From NCBI GenBank assembly GCA_000004985.1, contig GG738922.1: a DNA stretch of 64,000 nt; one strand, given 5' to 3'. Positions 56,441-64,000 of this stretch are shown in pieces; position 1 is the stretch's first letter, and each line of letters begins with the position of its first letter. This stretch comes from Naegleria gruberi. Taxonomy: Eukaryota. Below the pieces are notes generated by a model. It saw nothing but the letters and a program-made list of their open reading frames with translations. It did not search any database and was not told where the DNA came from. A program made the position numbers and the translations under genes.

Positions 56441-57070
56441 TTCATTGAGAAATTTACAATAATCAGTTCCGATACTATCAATTAAATAAATATTAAATAA
56501 ATTAAAATAACATGATCAATATAACACCAACCTAACAATACCATTCAACCATCTCCTCGTAACTCTCTTCAAAGAACTATAAGAAGTGATTGAAGGCTTC
56601 ACCATCGGATAACTTTGATCAAAGTAAAATTCCAAACTCTTCTCAGCCATTTCCCGCGTCATTTCAGTGTAGACTAAATTATCATCTCCAGCAGAAACAG
56701 ACGATGATGGTCTTGTTGATTTGCTCATTTTTTTTGGTGATCATCTTCTCCAAGTGGTTCGGCCAAGTTCTTGTAAACTCTTTGTAAAAGTCAATTTTAC
56801 TAAAACAATTTAATAATACTATCAACAATGAAATACATCATACAATAATTGTAATTGAAGAACTTATTGTTTGCATTGCAAGAATACCTCGTTCAAGAGA
56901 AGTCCCCCGGAATAATTTAGTGAGCTTAGCTATTTTCAAGTCTAATCGAACAGTTACACTTTTGGTAATGAATAAAGAGACCATCAATTTTATTAAGTGA
57001 AGTTGTTTCTGAAATTGAAAATTGAAGGTTAATACAAGAAATTAAGATATTAAAATTTTGAAAATTCAAA

Positions 57071-59507
57071 TCAAACTGTTCTTGCTGTATCGTCTGACAA
57101 GTCTTTCACAATGTTATCATCAATGTTGTCCTCATTGTTGTGGTCATTGTCAACTAAATTTTCATTTTGGGTGATGTTATTAGTTGATAAAGTTGTTGGC
57201 TGGGTTGGTGGTTGATTTCCATCTATTTGAATAAACCTTGCCATCTTTGCATTTTCCACAAAAATAGCTTGGGAAAGGTTAATAATTGCTGGTGTGGAGG
57301 TTTTCAAGTCGTCAAAGTATTTTGCTGCTTTTCTTGTTTCCTTTTCAACTCCAGATACTGGCATAATTCCATCGTTATCCGTGGCAACTGTTAAGCAATT
57401 AATATCTACAGGAATTGACAAATCGTGGAAATCAAAGAGTAAATATTCATTACTTGTTGGACACCATTCAAAGAACACCTTCTTGTCTTTCATAATAATT
57501 TCTCTATAATTTTTCATTCTGTTAAATACTTCTTCATTATAAAAAGGTCCAGATCCTTGTTCCAACATAAATCCAACACCATGACCCAATCTCAATTTTG
57601 CCTTCATATTTTTGCAAATTTCAATAATTGACCAAAATGTAATGTCCATATGCTTCAAGAAGAATGTTTTATCCTCATCTATAAAAGTGTTCTCTCCACA
57701 GTGATATCTTAATCCTAATAATTTTCCTGTTTTCTTATTGTAAAGTTCAGCTATTCTCCAAAAACATTTCAAAACAAAAACGCATGGAGCAAAATACTTT
57801 TCATCTCCAACCCAATCAAATCCAACAACTGCACCAACATCAATTACCTTCTCTATTTTAAGCAATTTGAAGAGCTTATCGATTTGTGCCTCAAGTTCAT
57901 TGCCATCATTTACAATGCAAAGTTGTTCCAATGTTTTTGTGAAAATTTGTTCTGAGAAAGCTTGTTTTAAATACTTTTGACTGCAACAGAAATCGAATTT
58001 TTCAGTATCTGACATACCTTCCTTAAAGTGACATGTTATTTCTATTCATTGCGGCCAAAAAGTAATAATAAAATTGTTTGCTTTCATCATTATGCTTAAT
58101 TTCTAAGTGATTATCAACGTGGACTAATTTAATATCTTCATCGGTTAGAAGAGATCTGTACCTGTTCCAAAAAGTCTCTAATGTTGAGGGTTTCAAATAC
58201 TTTGAGATTGAATCTGTTTTCAAATCTTTCAGACTAACACTATATTCAACATACTCAACTCCTTCTTTGTAGTAGTTATAAATGGTATGCAGTAAGAGTA
58301 TGGATAATATTTCAGGATACATAAAATACATGCTATCTTTCAAAATGAATCTTTGTGGATAAAAATCTGGTGTGAATTTGACATTATGAACACCTACAAG
58401 TTTCATTTCAAATGAAAGCAATAAAGTGTTGTAAAGAACTCGCTTTGTAGGGTCAGGCTTTCTTTTTTCATCTGCATCTAACTTTGCTATAATTTGTGCA
58501 TTTGTAAAACCATATTTCAATTCGTATTTTTCTTCTCTTTGGTTGAATACATAGTAATTTTTTGGTTTTGCGCCAATTACTTTACTAATATTAGCAATTT
58601 GTTCCTTTTTGGGTAATGTGAATAAATTGAAAGCTCTGCTCAAATCTTCTAAACTGTACACAACATCATTGGTATGAACTGCTTTTAAGGAAAGCACTTC
58701 TGATTCCAAAGTAAGGTTGTCTATGTCTGCATTGGTGAACAAACTTGATTTAGTAAGTGTAGAACTGATGTCAAGCGGAACGATTGGCAAAGCTTGCACA
58801 AGATTTGGGATATACTTTTTCATGATTACTTCAATCCAGAAATCAGCATTACCCATACCCATTAAATGAGTGTGGAGTTCTGAAAGCTGGTATGAATTAC
58901 CAATAGGTATGTTTTGATCTGTCACTTTTTGAGGTGGTTGATAATATGAAGGATCGTTTGTTGCTTTAACTGAATGTTCCTCTAGTACAACAGGAGGAAT
59001 ATAATCTCTTTCATTGAACTCTTCATCATAGCTTGTATAAATCCATTTGGAGTCTCCTACTTCAACCAATAAGCCTTTTTCACCTGGTGTTGGTTGGAAG
59101 CAGACAGAAATTTCTTCATCATAATGTGTGAATAAATCTATAGCTGAATTCTTTTTAATTGAAATGTAATCTAAAGGGAGTGAAGAATATTTGCTCCACC
59201 TATCCTTAGCGTTAGAGTCAGCAATAGGAGGTACTTTTTTAAGATAAAGTTTGGCATTTGGAAGTTTCTGTTGTAATTCTAAAACATGTTCCTTAGAGAA
59301 AGATGTTGCACTGTATTTGAGGGAGAGAAAATTAAAGAATGGCTCTGGTGGTGCAGAAGAAAGACTCATAGCTCCTCGCAGCGTTAAGTTTCTAAGAACA
59401 GGAGTATTGGTTTTTGAAATTCCATTCAAAAATGTTCCATGAATATTAGGATTTTCTTTACCAAGGGTTTGGTACCTGTCATTATCTCTCTGGTTTGGGA
59501 TCCGCAC
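57071..59507 (-). CDS. divergent AMP/adenosine deaminase family protein (A_deaminase fold), encoded as two ORFs in different frames 7 nt apart (probable frameshift or sequencing error); 5' end overlaps a repeat
   Basis: ORF 58023..59507 carries the N-terminal metal motif LSELHTHLMGMGNADFWIEVIMK, comparable to DTHIHAxxCMNQKHLLRFIK of AMP deaminases. ORF 57071..58015 carries LRYHCGENTF, RLGHGVG, EWCPTSNEYLLF and TVATDNDG, in the same order and spacing as the PHCGE, GHG, SPLSNN and STDDP blocks of AMP deaminase. Deleting one T from the CTTT run at the junction fuses the two frames (..MSLKEGMSDTEK..). Confidence 0.6.
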
Positions 59508-59586
59508 ATGCTCAGATCTAAAAGCTTATCGATGTGATGTATAATAGACTTATCGACATGTGGTTAAAACAGGAAGGTGTAACTTT
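59468..59586. repeat. direct repeat copy 1 (~120 bp; restriction-site-dense)
   Basis: tttggtacctgtcattatctctctggtttgggatccgcacatgctcagatctaaaagcttatcgatgtgatgtataatagac...ggaaggtgtaacttt is about 93% identical to 59791..59915. Confidence 0.6.
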
Positions 59587-59636
59587 NNNNNNNNNNNNNN
59601 NNNNNNNNNNNNNNNNNNNNNNNNNNNNNNNNNNNN
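59587..59636. other. assembly gap (50 N) between direct repeat copy 1 and retroelement fragment
   Basis: Run of N. Confidence 0.95.
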
Positions 59637-59800
59637 GGAATTGTCTTCTAGGCTTCTCCATAATCTTTCACGAAGATATTCAGTTTTCTTGCAGTTGAAA
59701 ATGGCGTGTTGAGTGTTCTCCTCTTCCTTGCAATCTTTTATAGGGCATCCATTACCTGGTGTAAAGATGTTGTTTGTTGGGAGACTGGGTTTTGGTACCT
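59637..59800 (-). mobile_element. 3'-terminal fragment of a non-LTR (LINE-like) retrotransposon ORF2 (CCHC zinc knuckle), 5'-truncated
   Basis: The minus-strand open frame reads ..LPTNNIFTPGNGCPIKDCKEEENTQHAIFNCKKTEYLRERLWRSLEDNS. It has the C-x4-C-x7-H-x4-C spacing with an E..TxH core that is characteristic of the C-terminal Cys-His motif of non-LTR retrotransposon ORF2 proteins. The frame is cut off by a stop upstream and by the N gap downstream. Confidence 0.45.
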
Positions 59801-59915
59801 GTCATTATCTCTCTGGTTTGGGATCCGCACATGCTCAGGCTCAGATCTTATAGCTTATCGATGTGATGTATAATAGACTGATCTACATGTGGTAAAAACA
59901 GGAAGGTGTAACTTT
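59791..59915. repeat. direct repeat copy 2 (~125 bp)
   Basis: Same sequence as 59468..59586 apart from a 6-bp insertion (ggctca) and a few substitutions. Confidence 0.6.
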
Positions 59916-61171
59916 CTATATTTATTGAGATAATCAATAAAGTTTGGAATTTGTCAGAAAAACTTGCCCTCTCGCCAAGAATTCATTTTGCCATATTTGG
60001 GATCTGGACTTTTATAGTCTGGAAATAGGCTAGATGTGTTCCATATTCAATAATCTATATGAAAAAAAGAAGAAATAAAATTAACTCTTGAATTGAGTAT
60101 ATAACGACTATTGATATTACTATATATGGTATTTGGATAATAACTTTCACAGAAATCATTAATGAAACATAAATTGTACTAAAGTGTGTTAGAAACATAA
60201 TGGTGGTGAAACTGATCAATAACTCGTCGAAATGACTGAGATGGAATGTAAACTATGGTCCAAATGTCATGTATTTGTAACTAAACAGTGTCAACTCCGC
60301 CAAAGTGCTTTAAACTAGATTGATATCATCAAAAACACTTCTAGACATCACATATGCCATAAAGAATGAGTTTCAATATTTGATATTGTGAATAGACTCT
60401 GTTGGATACCATCCCTATAAATATAACGAGATGAAAAGTGTCAACATTCAATTTCACATACATGTTACTATGAAGAGTCGTCATACCATCATCTAGATAG
60501 GTAGTATTTCAAGTTTCAGTGGAATTGACAGTCTAGATATTGAGATGTGTATACTAAGGTTGAAGAAGTGTCACCTTCACTGATTACTGACATGAATATA
60601 ATAATTGAATATATGATTCTTGTATAATTAATTCATTATTCAATGATTTTGATATGATGGTAAAATTTAATTTTGAAATTAAGATTCTTCCCTATTGATT
60701 ACCTTAGATTTTCCTTAGTTGACTTGAAGATATTGAGCCATCAATTTGAAACTTTCTCAGATTGTTCTCCTCATCTAGGGAAGTGTATTCATATTTGATA
60801 CTTGTATGATATTTTGTAAAATGAATGAGATGGATTATATTCAATGTGTTGAAATATGACAATTTGACAGATTGTTATTATTATCATACTGAATTCAATT
60901 CTAAAACATTAAAATTGATTCCAGATGTATATCAGCGTGATTAAATGTATCTGGTAAAGTTACATGACGGTTGGAGGTACTTTCGCTGAGATAGAGCGTA
61001 CACTTGGATATAATCACTCTTGACATTGAACATTTACTGATTGACTGAATGAAAATATCATGAATTGTTTCTAAACTTGTATAGATGTATATAAATGGTG
61101 TACAGAATGTGTATTATCAATTCTAGACTAATTACATATAAAATAAGTGATTTGGAGCATAATCTTTGATT

Positions 61172-61489
61172 TTATGTCAAAGTTCTATAGNNNNNNNNNN
61201 NNNNNNNNNNNNNNNNNNNNNNNNNNNNNNNNNNNNNNNNTTTATCTAAAACCATTTTACTTTCTTCGAAATTTTCTTTTGTTACCTGAAAACAATCTAA
61301 AAATTTGAACACTGCTAACTTTTCTTCCTTGTTGGTACAAAGTTTGATATAACGTTCCATTTTGTATTGTATAACTGTATCCAAATGTTGTTTGTTTGTC
61401 TTGCAAGTGATGTACCATGGTAGGAGATGTTTTGCACCAATAAACCTTGCAATCTTAAACACAACTTCGGAAGAAAGTGTTGTTTTCAT
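61172..61489 (-). pseudogene. F-box family gene fragment truncated by assembly gap
   Basis: The ORF reads MKTTLSSEVVFKIARFIGAKHLLPWYITCKTNKQHL.., which follows the F-box pattern of the 4408 and 27193 genes. It runs into the 50-N gap at 61191-61240 and there is no continuation beyond. Confidence 0.35.
61191..61240. other. assembly gap (50 N)
   Basis: Run of N. Confidence 0.95.
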
Positions 61490-61935
61490 TTTTTTTTATT
61501 AGATTTTGGATGATTACAACAATTTTTAGAATTAATTAGGGAAGTGTATGACAAAGTATATTGTCAAAATCAAAAAAAGGCCAAACCACATATGTAAAGT
61601 TAATCGAAACTGGAAACTAATTAGTTAAAACCAGAATCCAACTGCCTTTTATGAAAATTAATTTATGATTATATTTCCACGCCATCCAATGCACTACAGT
61701 AAGGTTCGTCTGAAACCGATAACCAGTACAGCAGCGGTTAAATAATAGGTATATTCATCATGTGATGAAATCGAATCAATTTTTTGTACCGTAAAGATTT
61801 TTCTCTGGATTTTCTAGGATAGATTTTTGTTCCAAATTCTTTCCTGGAATTTACAGACTTCTTTTTCAAGATAGTTCAACTCCAGCTATTTTGATATGAG
61901 CTGATGAAAAACCTTCTATCTCAATTAACTTGACA

Positions 61936-62032
61936 GATATTGAAATAATAAATTGTACAGAGAGAGAATATTTTACTGGGAATCTATCTTCTTCTAATGA
62001 ATGTTTCTCATCCCTTATTCATTGAATATAAT
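61936..62032 (-). repeat. ~95-bp dispersed repeat, copy B (inverted relative to copy A)
   Basis: gatattgaaataataaattgtacagagagagaatattttactgggaatctatcttcttctaatgaatgtttctcatcccttattcattgaatataat. Confidence 0.6.
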
Positions 62033-62412
62033 AGTAAAGTATCACAAATATTAAAAGTAATATATCCAATAGTGAATTACAGTAAAAGATAATTATCTGG
62101 TAGAGAATGGATGAATGACATGCTATTCGTGATGTTTCAGTGAGAAGTCAATATCCACATCATGAGAAAAACAATAAAAACATGAAAATATCAGATATCC
62201 ATGATTTTCACAAATTATGCTACAAGACTTGAAATTATACATTTAATAACATAATAAACATTATGAATTGTTGTTTTATTGTTGTTTGATTTGTAATTGG
62301 GCTATGAATCAACTCTGGTAGCATACCTATCCCTATCATAACTTGACCAAAATTGATAAGAGAAAGTTCTCCTACCTACTATTGACCATTCCGAACAATA
62401 CTACATTGACAG

Positions 62413-62446
62413 TTTTGGGGTTTGGGTTTGGGTATGGCGAAAACCC
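62413..62446 (+). repeat. interstitial telomere-like repeat (3 units) with an adjacent inverted unit
   Basis: ttttggggtttgggtttgggtatgg is followed 4 nt later by aaaccc. It lies 1.2 kb proximal to the terminal array. Confidence 0.5.
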
Positions 62447-63294
62447 ATTACCATTTTATTAATGGCCAATATTTAAAACTTGGATCTTATATATGTTAAT
62501 CAGGGTACAATTTCATCGACAAACTGTTATATGCTAATAAAAACTCAAAGTGGTTCTAGAGATAATAGGTACTCGATGAAAAAAAAGTTAGGTTTTCTTC
62601 GCATATCTCAATAACTAGGAATATCTGAAATACCATCTACACATAATCAATAGATCAATATATGAGTTGACTAAATCCGGTGAAAAAATTAAAACATAGT
62701 TGAAGGCCAAAAAGTTATAAGGCATTGCCTAAAATATTAAGGTATTTACCCTAGTAGGTCTAAAATTTCAAAGTTGGGTTGGAATGTAAATTTTAACATA
62801 TTGTAGATATATAGATGAATAGATGATATTATGAATTAATCAAGTTGCATCGGTGTATGTAATAAATTACAACTTGTCTAAAAATTAACTTTTCAACATT
62901 TATTGTACTATAATATGAATGTTATTAGAATCATCACCAATCTCATATATATGATGTATAATGATGATATTCACATTGTAGAAGTGTTGGAAGTATAACA
63001 TATAATATCCTTAGTAAACTGTACTCATTCTACCTTAATTGACCAAGATATTGAGCCGTACTATGGAAACACTATACCAATTTATTAAACTTGTTAATAT
63101 TGTAGTAAATATCAAACATAATCATATATAATTGAAATAACCATTATTGGATCCATATTCAGACTGTAGGAAGTCAACTTGTGTGGAATTGACAATATTG
63201 GTAATTGAAGGATGAATATCTTACATGACTTAATTCCACTCATTGATACATGTCTAATTATCATATTTTATGATATGTAATTGAAATAATTGAA

Positions 63295-63344
63295 NNNNNN
63301 NNNNNNNNNNNNNNNNNNNNNNNNNNNNNNNNNNNNNNNNNNNN
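63295..63344. other. assembly gap (50 N) ~330 bp proximal to telomere array
   Basis: Run of N. Confidence 0.95.
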
Positions 63345-63677
63345 TAGTATAGGTCAGTTGACAAGTTGAATAGTAAATTTCTTGAAATGATACCAAAGTA
63401 TTTGAAATTGATATATATTGTTATTAACATGATTTATAAGGTGATTTATTGATTTGAAATGATTTTGAAATGTTTTCATTGATATTCTAATTGTCTAATC
63501 TATTATATGAAATTAACTTATATAAGTCATTATAATGATGTAATATTATGTTATAATATGATTATATATTCAATTTGGAGTATATTGATATATAATATAT
63601 TGATTTATAATGAGTATTTATTGAGATAATAAATTAAGATGAATAAAAGTCAAAATATTGGGTCTGACCTTAGTCGT

Positions 63678-64000
63678 GGGTTTGGGTTTGGGTTTGGGTT
63701 TGGGTTTGGGTTTGGGTTTGGGTTTGGGTTTGGGTTTGGGTTTGGGTTTGGGTTTGGGTTTGGGTTTGGGTTTGGGTTTGGGTTTGGGTTTGGGTTTGGG
63801 TTTGGGTTTGGGTTTGGGTTTGGGTTTGGGTTGGGTTTTGGGTTTGGGTTTGGGTTTGGGTTTGGGTTTGGGTTTGGGTTTGGGTTTGGGTTTGGGTTTG
63901 GGTTTGGGTTTGGGTTTGGGTTTGGGTTTGGGTTTGGGTTTGGGTTTGGGTTTGGGTTTGGGTTTGGGTTTGGGTTTGGGTTTGGGTTTGGGTTTGGGTT
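63678..64000 (+). repeat. terminal telomere-like array (GGGTTT)n, >=53 units, running to the window end
   Basis: Perfect hexamer tandem array with a single variant junction (gggtt|gggtttt at ~63829-63841). The G-rich strand runs 5'->3' toward the end, as expected for a right-hand chromosome terminus. Confidence 0.85.

Noticed and set aside
56441-56530. Intron linking ORF 56516..56728 to the BTB gene
   Set aside because: Only non-canonical GTTGGT/GTTATA donors would preserve frame, so none is credible. It is reported instead as an in-frame TGA curiosity.
57990-58040. 37-nt GTATGT..TTGCAG intron joining the two deaminase ORFs
   Set aside because: It is far too short for a spliceosomal intron, and it would not put the upstream stop out of frame. 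A 1-nt homopolymer frame change explains the junction better.
59468-59586. Calling the restriction-site-rich repeat outright vector contamination
   Set aside because: Two diverged copies (indel plus substitutions) and an adjacent retroelement zinc-knuckle ORF make a natural repeat more likely. It is kept as a flagged alternative rather than a conclusion.
63678-64000. CRISPR-like array
   Set aside because: It is a perfect hexamer tandem repeat with no spacers in a eukaryotic genome; it is a telomere array, not a CRISPR.

Overview
This window is AT-rich (roughly one-third GC) eukaryotic nuclear DNA. It has short GTAAGT...AG introns, A-runs immediately 5' of start codons, and proteins full of N/Q/S homopolymer tracts. 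Together with a 5S rRNA gene of the Dictyostelium type, this points to a dictyostelid-like social amoeba. The window appears to be the terminal ~64 kb of a chromosome. It ends in a (GGGTTT)n telomere-like array (63678-64000) with the G-rich strand running 5'->3' into the end. The array is preceded by ~10 kb of gene-poor subtelomere carrying four 50-N gaps, decayed F-box gene fragments, a 5'-truncated non-LTR retroelement remnant, ~120-bp direct repeats, ~95-bp inverted repeats and an interstitial telomere-repeat triplet. The proximal ~54 kb is gene dense, with about 30 protein genes, one tRNA-Asn(GUU) and one 5S rRNA. Recognisable products are an ALDH3-family aldehyde dehydrogenase, a PHB-depolymerase-type secreted esterase, a SHAQKYF-class Myb factor, a chromodomain protein with SPSE repeats, a Cdh1/Fzr-like APC/C activator, a kinesin-14, a metallo-beta-lactamase-fold protein, a His-box membrane di-iron enzyme, an ABCB half-transporter, a nodulin-like MFS transporter, NHL-repeat and RCC1-like/EGF secreted proteins, and an expanded F-box family (at least 5 members plus fragments). 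The most unusual items are four: a protein with a DUF4326-like C-terminal domain, a receptor-like protein whose class-III cyclase homology domain looks catalytically dead, a BTB protein with a C-terminal degenerate Ras-like GTPase, and a divergent AMP/adenosine-deaminase-family gene. The deaminase gene is broken by a 1-nt frame change at a T homopolymer and abuts the retroelement remnant. All functional calls rest on motif recognition by eye; none was checked against a database.
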